In this document: in pieces, positions 32,406 to 44,324 of the stretch
How positions within the stretch are numbered: the first letter of the stretch is position 1
Layout of the letters: each line of letters starts with the position of its first letter
Assembly: GCA_946965045.2 (NCBI GenBank)
Contig: OX337237.1
Coordinates: 1,736,001 to 1,800,000 of the forward strand
Length of the DNA: 64,000 nt
Source of the DNA: Epithemia pelagica
Taxonomy: Eukaryota; Protista; Bacillariophyta
Direction: 5' to 3'
The notes under the pieces: generated by a model
The model's input: the letters and a program-made list of their open reading frames with translations, nothing else
Databases searched by the model: none
Told to the model about the DNA's origin: nothing
Made by a program: the position numbers and the translations under genes

Positions 32406-33497
32406 TTAGGCTGAGAGTCGATCTTCCGCCTCTTTACTGTCATTCTTAAGACCTTGGAGCTTCTCTTTCGTTTGTTTCATTTCAGTTTCGCAAAAGTTGC
32501 ATTGTGGTGATGACAATCGGTTGAATGACCGCGATACCGTGTTTATGTTCTCTTTCACTCCGTTATTCCAATACGGTATCCCGAACACTCAACCGATTGT
32601 TATGCACAACACAACTGGTGCGAAAAAGGGCGTCCAAACGAAAGACGACCGAGCCGGTAGCAAACGAGTGAAAACGACAATGCACTGTCAAGCGAGAAGG
32701 CCATCAACACCAACAATATACGAAACATGCCAAGAGGAGTCATTTTATTCAAAGAAAAGTGTCAAGAATTCCACGACATCGAGCCACGCTCGGTGGGCCC
32801 AGGCCGAATGGAGGGGCAACCATCCTTGATGATTGGCAATAACTTGGGGAGGGGGTGTACAATCGGCCAAGGCCACAAAGAGTTGGACGGCTTGCAGGGA
32901 GGGTTGGTGACTGCACAAGACATGAAGGGGACGACTGCCAATGGCATCAACCGGTTTTTGTAAGATCCAAGGCATGCTTTGCAAGGTTTCTTGGGCGCGA
33001 CGTAAATTCAATAATTGGGCATTACGACAGTCACGATGAAACTCACGCAACTCATCTTCTTTGTCTTCCCAAGACGGGGAAGCAGAAACGGGTCCTTTTT
33101 CTTGAGGATATGTTGCTTGTTTCGTGTTCGAGTCTTGATTGTTGAGAGTGCTGCTGCCGCTTTTGGTAGTGGCACCCGATGCGGCCCTTGGTGTGGTAGT
33201 GGTGCCTCCTCCTCCTCGTGATACTGTTGTTGTCATGGAAGCCGCATGATTGACCATGGACAAGTTGTAAATGCTGCTTGTGTCGTGATGATCCCAACAC
33301 CAAGGTCCGCGGCATGTGAGACCGTTGGGTCGGTCCCCCCTTGTGGTTGCCGGTACGAGTTCCCCGTCGGGACGAAGCGCTGCTAGTTTGCTGTTGCTGC
33401 TGGTTCCTCTTCGAAACAAGCGGTTGAGCAAGCCCTTGCCGCGTTTTGATCCATCTTTGGTGGTTTCGGTACGATAGAACAATGAATTGTCTTCCAT
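32406..33497 (-). pseudogene. Degraded ankyrin-like repeat protein with C-terminal coiled coil
   Basis: PLHVLCSHQPSLQAVQLFV and GWLPLHSAWAHRAWLDVVEFL resemble ankyrin-like PLH repeats. The frame stops at 32745, and a coiled-coil-like fragment lies at 32406-32588. Confidence 0.45.
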
Positions 33498-33979
33498 GGG
33501 ACCACCACCACCAAACAAACGCTTACTACTATTGTTGATTGTTGCTGTGGTTGGTTGCACTCCGGGAGAATAATTTTAGACTCTAAATAATATTGCATTG
33601 GGTGGCAGCGGTCTCTTCGCTGCTCGTCGTTCGCAGTTTGGGCCCCCGAGTGTGAACGCGCGACCGAAAACTCGCCCCGGCTTGGGGGTAGGTGACTATT
33701 CTGCGTCTGCGGGAACAAAAATTGATCACCTCCTAGCGTGTGGAATAGAAGGTACGTTTCAACGAAAATACAACCTCCTGAAAGCCCCCCGCTAGTGAGT
33801 GAAAAATTTTTTACCGCTTCATATCAGTAAACTTCCGTCGTCTCCCTTTGATTCTCACATTCTCATCCGGTCGAAGTCTTGGTTGCTCCAGCAACACTAC
33901 CTTCAATAGACTCTGCAGCAGATCAATCGTTGCATATTTCTTGAACCGATTGCACAGAAAGTAGTGAAACAGAGCGCAA

Positions 33980-35241
33980 ATGAAATCTTCACCGCCCAAG
34001 ATATCAAAGCGTACCATAGAACAATTGTGTGATTCGGTCAGATCCAACCCGGTAACCATAGTGGTTGGTCCGACCACTCAGGTTCCTCAGATCTTGGTGG
34101 ACCAGTTGGGTGGTCGCATTCTTTCCACTCAGCCACGTCGTTTGGCTGTCGTCGCGGTTTCTTCTCGGGTGGCAAAAGAGCGGGGTGTTCTCTTGGGAGG
34201 ATCGGAGGTAGGATATCATGTGGGACAGTCCAAGAAGGCCATGTCATGTACCCAGCTCTTGTTTGTCACCGCTGGGCTCTTCCTGGAGCATCTGTGCTCT
34301 TACGGTGTCAAGGAATTGCTAAAATACGAGGCCATCTTGATCGATGAATGCCACGAACGATCCCCCGAATCAGATTTGGTCTTGACCATTATTCGATCGT
34401 TTCTGATCCGCTATGCTGCCTCTAAGCCTATTCGAATTGTTCTCATGTCGGCAACATTTGATCACGCGCGATACAAGCAATATTTCAAGTCTGTTGTACC
34501 TGGCTGTGATCACATTGCGACCATCAATCTCGAGACTGCGGCGTCTTTTGAAGCCTTTCATGACAGTGTCAGAATTAACTACCTCGATGATATCTTTCAA
34601 CGCATCCCTTACCTTGCCAGCCGACATGAGGAATTTCGCCGTATCAACAAAATCAATCCTGATGAAGAGCTAATGGGAGACGATGCGGGGAAGTCACTGT
34701 CCAAACGACTTGTCGAGTTTGTCTTGGATCTTGTTCATGGATTGCATCAGGAACAAGACTTGTTCATGAATTGCATCAGGAACAAGAGACGTCAAACCCA
34801 AGTGGAGTTTTTCTTATTTTCGCTCCCACTTACCGACATTTGGAGCAACTCTATCAGGTCTTGAAAGACAAGAGACAAGAGACCCAAGGAACCTCTCTTC
34901 TCGTGGAAATCTTCAGTTCTCCACTCTTCCGTAGACGTAGACCACTGTATGGAGACCATGGAACAGGATGGACAAACTGGTGAATCCTCTGTATCACCTG
35001 TTAGTCGCAAGATTATACTGGCGAGTGCAATTGCGGACTCATCCGTGACCATTCCTAATGTATCGGTTGTCATTGATTTATGCCGCGCTTTGGAAGTATC
35101 GTGGAATTATGAAAAGAAGAGACATATACCCAAGACTGTGTGGGCTAGTCATTCTATTTGCGATCAACGCAAAGGTCGAACCGGCCGAACATGTTCTGGC
35201 AAAGTATTCCGTCTTGTTCAACAGTCATTCTATCTGACTCA
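33980..35241 (+). pseudogene. 5' half of a DExH-box RNA helicase (DEAH/RHA clade), disrupted
   Basis: STQPRRLAV, VGYHVG, DECH, MSAT, ILASAIADSSVTIPNV and QRKGRTGR are present. Walker A lacks GxGK. A 29-bp duplication and a +1 frameshift break the frame, and the gene ends at the LINE insertion. Confidence 0.88.
35226..35241. repeat. Left copy of the 16-bp target-site duplication CATTCTATCTGACTCA
   Basis: Identical to 44309-44324; flanking bases differ on both sides. Confidence 0.95.
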
Positions 35242-35323
35242 CTTTTCGGCACCGCGCGGTTTTGGGAAGCTACACAGTAACTACTAGTAACGTAGAATTC
35301 TACGTAGTTCTGTACTGCTGACC

Positions 35324-37970
35324 ATGGCCGAAGCTACGGAAGGCTCCGACGTCGATTCCACCATGGATACTCACCCAACCAACACCAACACGAACTCCAG
35401 CGAACCCCAGGAACCCCCTGTTCTGTTCTCTGGCCCCGCCTCCCCTTGGTTCCAGTCACGCTGGCGCTTAGAAATCCGTCTCGCCAATGACACCAACCAT
35501 GCTTTCGATGCTGGTAAGTGGTAAGGCCTATCATAACTTTGTGTCTACCGCTCTCCAGGCGTTCCCCAACGCTATCCATTTTTGCACGAACGATGGATCG
35601 ATGTACTTCACGGAACAGTCTCAGATGCCGTCCCCTACCGATTACCACAACTATTTTCAAGGTGCGCGCTCCAGCAGGCCCGAACACGGGGCTTATCGCT
35701 TCTATATGGTTCTCGCTGTTCAGACCTACGGACTTCCGATTCAAGATATGAAGCACAATAAGCAGTTCCTAGAGTTCCTTCATTCAACTGACACATGGCT
35801 GACGTATCATAATCTCGATAGTTTGGACATCCAATCCGCTGGGTTCTTTACCTTGCGTCATCCTCACTGGACCTTTTTGGAAGGATTCCATTTCCGTGCG
35901 AAGAATGCTTTGAAGGACTACCTCCAAGATCTGGATATGGGTACCTTGTCTCCCGACCAAGTTGCCGCGGTCCGTCCCTACAAAGACCGTCATTACCCTT
36001 TGCCGCCGTTCGATCTCTGCATCCAGAACGTCCGGGCATACTATTCTCGCTCCTCCCAGCAGAATGATTCGAATGCCACAGGCAAACCTCAAGCCAAGTT
36101 CATTTCGGCCGAAGCTCTGGAGTTCCGCTGCGCCCGGGCGCACATTGACCTCTTTAATTGTCTACTTGATGGCGTTACCTCCAGAGACATTTGGTCCCTA
36201 GGTAGATTTGCATCGTATCAACTTCGCCGTGACAGCGCCGACCACTTCCGCGCATGTGTATCCGAACAAAATACATTCTTGCAATCGACATCCTACATTC
36301 TGCTCCAAAATGTGGACCGAATTGTTCTCGATGGTATGATTTCCGTGGATCACCTCAATAACATCCCTGGCTTTGAGGATGCGATGCATTCTATTCCCCT
36401 TCGCGGCCTTCTCCTCACACTGAATGGCTCAGACACCGATGACTCAAAAAACACGCCCCGATTTCTTGCCTTGGAACCGGAAACTCGCTATGGTTCGTGG
36501 AAGCTTCTTTGCCCAAGCGCAAACTTGCAGGCTAACAGCGAATGGTTTGACGATCATTTTCTCCGTCTGTATACAAGTGTCCAGACGTATGCCGCCCTAC
36601 CAAGCCACTCTGCGTCTCGCCAGCCGTTCCGAAGAGCCATCCGATCAGATCGCCACGCCCGTATTGCTCAGATGGAAGCAACTGGACTCAATATGGACCT
36701 CCCGAAAGGCACCCATCGCCCGACGCAACGAAAACCAATCGTCAAAGTCATGATTGATCAGCAATCATTTCCGGAGTTAGTGAATCCGTGGCAACCGATT
36801 TCCAACCCAACGGCTCCTCCCCCATCACGCATGAAGAAACTTGGCAAACTAAAGAAACAGGTCTCCTACGCGGACGCAGTGACAGTTTCCTCCAATCAAT
36901 CAACGGCGCTCACCTCTGCTACTACTACGGTCACGAACGCATTGGAGACTAAGGTTCAACAGCTGGAAAAACAACTTACCGACCAAGCCGATCAGTCTAA
37001 ATCCTTGCGTCAGGAATTATCTTCACTCAAGGCCACAGTAACTGAACAGGCGGCACAACTGACCACGGTGCATCAGGCACAAGAGACGGTTACGAACACC
37101 CAAACCGAAATGCAGCAACAAATCGCGACCATCCATCGTACGCAGACGGAACAAATAGCCCACCAGCACCAAGTTTCTACGGCTCTCGACCGTATCTTCC
37201 ACAGGTTGGATTCGGTTGTTTCCCAACAACAATTCGAACAATTGACGTCCCTCCTCCAGCGACAACAAATCCAGTCCAATATTCCAGCTCCAACTCCCAG
37301 TCCCCAACAAAATACTGGCGATACAGCCGCTCCACCTTCCCTTGCCACCAACACCACAGCTCTGGCAACCGCGGATACTCCAGCTCGGACTTCCAGTCGT
37401 CCTCGCGAGGCCACCACCTCCGATGACCCCGAGACCAATAGCCCACCTCACAAGCGCACATGTCCTCCAGCCCTTTCTCCGGATACTCAATTTGCGCTCG
37501 AAAATTCGTCCCCTATCCACGTCCCGGACGAAGCCCCAGCAATGCCCCAAGCCAGTAACCAACCACCAGCTCCAACAGCTCTTTTTCCCTCGGCTCCCGC
37601 TCCCCAAGCTCCATCCCAAGTCAGTCCCACCCCAGTCTCTGCGTCGGCCAACGCCGATCCAAACAGCTCTTCCACCCAGGACCCCACCACGGCATCAACC
37701 ACGCCGCCTCCAGCTCCGCCAACTCGTATTATGGCTCTTCGGAATGATATCGCTAGAGAGGTGCCAAACCAGTCTCGGCCATCCAATGCGATTATCAACC
37801 CCTATACATCCCACAGGTCTTCCAGCCAGAGTAACCCCCGGATCCAGCCTAACCGTGACCGTGCCGACAACACCCCAAACGGCCACTCCACTAGCCAGAC
37901 CGGGCCAACCGGACACAACAGTGCTCCCTGCCCACCAGCGGCACCAAACCCCCAAAGCAACCGACCTTAG
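35324..37970 (+). pseudogene. LINE ORF1 (Gag-like), frameshifted by a 7-bp duplication TGGTAAG at 35512-35525
   Basis: ATG 35324 in ACCATGG context. Removing one TGGTAAG copy joins ...FDAGK to AYHNFVST... Long coiled coil (ALETKVQQLEKQLTDQ...) and Pro-rich tail. Confidence 0.8.
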
Positions 37971-38151
37971 TGATCAATGTGATCACTTCCATCCATCTCC
38001 ACCCAGTCCACCACCATCGCCTCCACCAGCACCCGACCCCTCACCCCCACGTATCATCCAAACAAGCATCCATGACTTTCCAACTTACCCAACACCAAGC
38101 AACACCAATGATTCCTGGGGCGACCCGTGTCTGCCCAAGGCCGAACATCAT

Positions 38152-41100
38152 ATGCGCATATACTTCCAGAACATAAATGGTTTGAAGGCAGCCTCGGATT
38201 TTAGTCACGTCCAAACTCTTGCCATCACAGCACTTGGCGCTGAGATCGACGTTCTCGGATTGGCGGAAACAAATATAGACTGGCGGCACCGCGAGGTAAA
38301 CCACACGATCTTTCGGCAATTCAACCAAGTGCTTTAACCTTGCACCCTGGCTACAGCAACCACCAATATCCGTTACAACACATACTACAAGCCGGGGGGC
38401 ACCTGCCTATTGGCGCATGGCAATTGGCAGCCTCGTTGTCGCCGTCTTTCCGACCCGATGCAGATGGGACGCTGGTCTACCTTACTCATCCGTGGCCGTC
38501 ATCGCAGTAAATTGGCCATTATTTTGGCGTACCGAGTATGCAGTCAGGACCCAAGTCAGGCGGGCGGGCGCACAGCTTACATGCAACAATGGCAAATGTT
38601 GCGAACACAGCACCCAAACTGCACCCCAGATCCACGTCGTCAATTTTTCATCGATCTAAAGGCAGAAATCGCACGGCTAACAACCGAGGACTACGAAGTG
38701 GTGGTTATGCTAGATGCGAACGAAAGCATGTACGATCGGAATAGCAACCTTCTCCAGTTTGTCCAAGAGAGCCAACTGACAGATTTACATCTCCTTCGCC
38801 ACTCGGCCATTCATTCCAACCCACCAGGTACCTACCAACGAGGCTCCAAACGGCTTGACTACATTTGCGGCACCAGGCTTATCGCGAATTGCACTGCACG
38901 GGCGGGCATTTCGGCGTATCACGAGTACTTCTCGTCCGACCATCGCGGTCTGTACGTGGATTTGGATGTGAATCAATTCTTCGGCGGCCAACCGACGCCC
39001 CTTGATATCACGGCCACTTGCCTTCTTCATTCCCACCGTATTCAACACGCTATGGCCTATCGATCCCACATTCTAGAATATTCACAACAGCATAAACTGA
39101 CACAACGTTCAGAGGCACTCGAACAGCTCGCTTGTACCGACCCATCACACCCCAGCATCCCGAAGATGCTCAATGGCATCATTGAAGATTTAACAAGAGG
39201 AATGCTAGCGGCGGAAAAGAAGTGCGGGGCACATCACTCCCATCCTTGGTCCCCCACCCTGGTCAATGCATGCCGCCGAGTTCGTTTTTGGAGGATTTGG
39301 CTTTCCGAACTCAGAACAGGCCGTTCCTTTTCGAATGAACGGGCCCAACTGGCATCCGAGGCTCAATGGAAACCTCCCGAGATTCCTATTCCGCCAACCC
39401 GCCGGATACTCATACGCCACCTCCGCCAAGCCAAAAGCCACCTCTCGGAATGTGAAAGAAAAGCCGTCTTGTTACGCGAGGAATTTTTAGAAGAGCGCGC
39501 TGAATATTGGGCCAAGGTTCTAGACCAAAAGAAATCCGCGGTTCTCGCCGGTCTCCATGGAGTCGAAACCATCCAACGAGTTTTCTACAGATTCCGCACT
39601 ATGCTACGGAAGCACCAATCTGGAGGTGGCCTCGCGTCACTCAAGGTCCCTATCACGGATGACAATGGAGTTCCAACGACCGAGTACGAATGGTTACACG
39701 ATCCTGACGAAATCGGGCCTCGATTGATCCAACGTAATCTCAACCATTTTAGTCAAGCCCGTGGCCCGTTCACACAAGGTCCGGTTCTCGAATGTCTGGG
39801 ACGCAACGCCGCCCATGGCCAGCACGGTATTCAGAAGGCACTGGCACTCACTGACATTACACCAGCCACCAAAGCATTATTGGGTCAACTCCAAGGCACT
39901 CCATTACCCCGTATCTCCAATACCATCACAGGAGCCGACCTCCGCCAGAAATTTCAACGGTGGTCAGAATCGACATCTACGTCACCAAGCGGCGTTCATC
40001 TCGGCCACTACAAATCGCTGCTATTGCTTGACATCAAGAAACCAGACAGTGCTCCGGCTGCCCAGATGGCCCACCAACCCGATTCAGTAGCTACGTCCAG
40101 GGCGAATCAAGACCGCAGTATTAGCGACCAGATAACCACCCACGACGATTCATTGACTCAAAGCGCTCCGGCCTTCAATAGTTGCGCCCATCTTTTTGAT
40201 GTAATGGGCCACGCATTGACCGCCTCCTTCAAATCCGGTCACGTGGCTGACCGCTGGCTGACCGTCCACAATACTATGCTAGAAAAGGACCCCGGAGATC
40301 CCAGAATCGATCGGCTTCGAGTAATCCATCTTTTTGATGCGGTATGGAACGCCGGCCTTGGCATTCTCTGGTCTCGTCGTCTCATGCCTCAATGTGAGCG
40401 TCACTCTGCCCTCCATGAGGGACAATGGGGATCCCGGCAAGGAAAAAAGCCATCGAATGTGTTTGCATCAAACAATTCACATACGAAATAGCGGCATTTA
40501 CAAGGACCGACCTCGTTACCTTTGACAATGACGCCAAATCTTGCTATGACCGCATCGTCATGGCATACGCCCTCGCATGTTGTATCCACCTGGGACTTCC
40601 CGAAATGACAGCCGTTGCATTCGGGAAGTTTCTCGACGAAGCACGCTATCACGTCAAGACGGTTTTAGGCGTCTCCAGCGACTCCTACTCGCACGGCGAC
40701 GACGACAAGGACCTTCATGGTCCAGGACAAGGCAGCCAACCTGGCCCATTTTTATGGGCAATAGAGTGTTCTCAAATCATGGAGGCCCTAACAAAGCATT
40801 TTACTGGCGTCAATCTATGCACACCAGACCGCGAACTACAAATTGCTCAAGCACTCCAAGGCTTTGTCGACGATGTTGCAAACGCATCATCCAAATTCCA
40901 AGAAACTTTACACCATTTCACCGAATTCACGTATACCGAAGAACAATCCCAGCAATTCTTACACCTTCTAGTCCAGGAGGCCACTGAGATGGCTCAGTGG
41001 TGGGAAACGCTTTTATGGCACTCGGGTGGACAACTCGAGTTCCGTAAATGCTTCCTGTACATTCTCCACTGGACATTTGACCCGTCCGGCATCCCTCTTC

Positions 41101-44100
41101 CTGCTACCGTAGATCAACTCAAGGCCATGGGAATCTCCGTGTCTCTTACCAACAGTGACGACAACACTACGACGGAATTACGACACATGGACTGTTCAGT
41201 GGCAACCCGCACATTGGGCTGCATGGTCGCCCCTAACGGATCTTCCAAGCTTGAAGTCTCTCACCTAGCGAAGAAAGGCCACCGGTTGGGTGTTGCGTTA
41301 GCAGTGAACAAAATCAGCAGAAAAGCCTCACGTACCTTCTATCGTTCTATATTTCTCCCATCGATGACATACTCTCTCCCCAGCACTCATTTATCTTACA
41401 AAGACTGTCAAACAATACACAAATCCTCGACCGACCAGCTTTTGAATTCTCTCGGATTCCCACGGAATTTTCCCCATGCACTTACTTTTGCTCCTCGGGA
41501 ACTTGGTGGCGTCGGTTTCACTCACCTTTGGGTGGAACAAGGATGTCAACACCTTCATTCGATTCTGCTCCCGACCCTCCGGGGCCAACCGAATATATTA
41601 CGCAAAACATTGGTGATTCTACTTAAATGGGCCCACCTTTTCTCTGGATTCATCTTCCATCCCTTGCAAGATGTTGACCAGCGCATTCCATATCTTCCAA
41701 GTGGCTGGTTCCAGGTTACCCGCGACTTTCTCGCCGAGAGTGATGCCTATCTCGAGCTCCCCGAAAATGAATTCCCGACACCCCGACTACTTCGAACTGG
41801 CGACTCAAACTTGATGGAAACGGCATGCCGAGGCAAATGGACCCCACGAGAATTGATGCATATCAACAATTGCCGATTGTTTTTGAAGGTTCGGTTCCTC
41901 TCCGAGGTTTGCACGCTGTTGGGCGACGAGCTCTACGCGCCTTGTCTTACCGGCGGCTCACCAGCTTTATCACAACCGCCTGCTACGGAACTGTGGCCCA
42001 TTCAACAATGCCCAGGCGAGACCCAATGGGCTCTATTCCGTCGATTTTTACGCCATACATACTGCCGTCATCATCGAACAAACAAGCTCAAAGATACACT
42101 TGATAGCTGGTTACCTCATTCTACTACAAGACTATGGCCGGCCTACTATAACATCACAAATGATCAAGTTCTCATTCGGTGTCACGGCGGAACCTATCTA
42201 CGATATCATACTTCTGGTTGCGGCGTAACAGCGCTCTATGACAGAACCATCGAAGTCCCCATTTACCCTATCATCTCCCAACTCCCAGCCAACTGCTTCC
42301 CCACACGAGTCAATTGGCCCCGCCGTATGTGTGCCATCCCCCCGGTCTTCAACTACGACGGGACATATGATCCAGGACCACCACCACCCGGCCTCATCGA
42401 CAGTTTCCAACATCAACACCCCCATTTTGAGGATTTAGAGTTCGTAGTACAAGAAACTGGGCAACAACAACTATTTTCGGCCTTCAATACTGCGGTCACT
42501 CTTCCCGAGGTTTATTTCGTTTGCGATGGAGGATCTCGGCCCCCGACGGGCTCTTTCGGATGGGTGATAGGCGACGAGCACGATGAATGGCTCAAAGCCA
42601 ATGGACCAGCTATGGGCTGGCCCATGTCGTCGTTCCGCGCGGAAGCATGGTCGATTTGGAACTTGTTGAGCTTCCTCCGTCACCTGCTCCTCCATCACGG
42701 ATTCCAAGGCAACCCCATCCAAATTCTTACCATACACACCGACAGTTTAAGTTTTATTCAACGATTCCAAGAATTACAGTCCTACGGCGAACTGTGGTAT
42801 TCCTCAATCTACATGCGCAAAGACATCGACATCTTCACCGAAATCTTCGCCACATTGCGCACGTTCCCGTATTACATTCAATTCGAACACGTCCCAGGTC
42901 ATCAAGACAACGAAGTCAGCTATTATTTTCTTTCAAGACCCGCCCAGCTCAATGTTCAGGCCGATCTTATGGCCACGGCCGCTTTGGATCGCCAACCACT
43001 AGGCCACCGACCAACCATACCCTGGCTGCCCAACACGAAAGTACGCCTCGTTACCGCTGCACACGGTCCCCAAACAGGCGACGAATTGTCAACACTACGC
43101 AAATTGTTTCCCGGTAAACGACTAGCCTCGTATTTCCATCACAAATTCGGGTGGAATGATGCGGCCCACCAACTCATTGACTGGGTCTCCTTCGAACAAG
43201 CTACTGCCAAGACCGAGATTTCCCGTACCTTCCTGGCCAAACTCCTCGTAGGCTGGTTACCCACCAATTCTCGGCTATCCCGCTACGAGCCCATCTCGGC
43301 CCACTGCCCAAACTGCCCCTGTGATGAGACGCAGACCCATCTCTATACCTGCCGCAGCTACAAATGCTGGCGGGATGCATTTCGCAAGAACATAGACGAT
43401 ACAATGCGGACTCTCTATACCGAACCAAGTCTCCACAACCATATCCTCCAATGCATCGATCACTTGCTTATCTCACCGCGACCCGAACCACCGGCTCCGT
43501 GTCCTGACGACGACTTAAATGACTACGGCGCGATGCTACTGTTTCGGGGTTTCCTCCCTAGAGGATGGAGCGTCCACCAGACTGCATACCTGGCCGATCA
43601 CCCGCATATCACTAATCAGAAGCACCCTCCTCCTCCATGGGCACCCACCATGATATCTCATCTGTGGTACGCCAGCAAGGACCTATGGTTCCAACGGAAC
43701 CAGACTGTACACAAACATACCAACGAGGACAGACCCCACACCCGCCGCCGTCTCGAAAACATGGTTCGCCAACTGTACCGAGCTGGCAATACACTCAACC
43801 ATATTGACCGTGCTCCGTTCGAACAACCACTGTCACAACGTTTAACTTCGTCATCTACGGCCGAACTTCGAGATTGGCTGACTGTTATGGGCCCAGTCGT
43901 CGCAGCGGGCCAGAAACGACAAACCAACCAGCAATATCTCCATACACCAGACATCCGACGATTTTTTCCCACCGTCGCAACGAACAAATCCTCTTGCGGA
44001 CCCAGGACGGCCCACCCTCGACACTATGATGGACGACTTCCACCACAACAAGACATCATTCGAGCTTATTTTCCCTTCCTACGACACTCTACTTCCAATT

Positions 44101-44141
44101 CAACCACCAACACAACAGGGGACAACAATCACCCGTCCTAA
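38152..44141 (+). pseudogene. LINE ORF2: AP endonuclease, reverse transcriptase, RNase H, CCHC-like finger; in-frame TAA at 38335-38337 and a -1 indel in A6 at 40443-40448
   Basis: APE: YFQNINGL, LAETN, PGGT, MLDANE, RLDYI, SDHR. RT: LEKDPGDPRIDRLRVIHL, DAKSCYDRI, GQGS, GFVDD. RNase H: CDGG, FRAE, TDS, HVPGHQD, NVQADLMA. Finger: CPNCPCDETQTHLYTC. Confidence 0.92.
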
Positions 44142-44308
44142 CTAACCGTCCAATGTCATCCGCTCCCTTGTCCCTTGTTCAGTCCAATTCCTCAACATTC
44201 TAATCCCCTAAACCCGTCGCTCAGGCCGCGGTAGACGATTCCCCCTCATGTATGCCATAAGATTCGGATAGTCTTAAAAAATAGAAGTTACTTATATATA
44301 TATATATA

Positions 44309-44324
44309 CATTCTATCTGACTCA
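44309..44324. repeat. Right copy of the 16-bp target-site duplication
   Basis: CATTCTATCTGACTCA directly after the (TA)8 tail. Confidence 0.95.

Larger units (their letters stand above)
35242..44308 (+). mobile_element. Full-length non-LTR retrotransposon (ORF1 + APE-RT-RNase H-CCHC ORF2), 9,067 bp, probably Ambal-like
   Basis: Bounded by the exact 16-bp TSD, with a (TA)8 tail at 44293-44308, two ORFs and the domain motifs listed for ORF2. Confidence 0.93.

Noticed and set aside
35514-35525. GTAAGT...AG as a mini-intron in LINE ORF1
   Set aside because: Only 12 nt and would not restore the frame; better explained by the 7-bp duplication.
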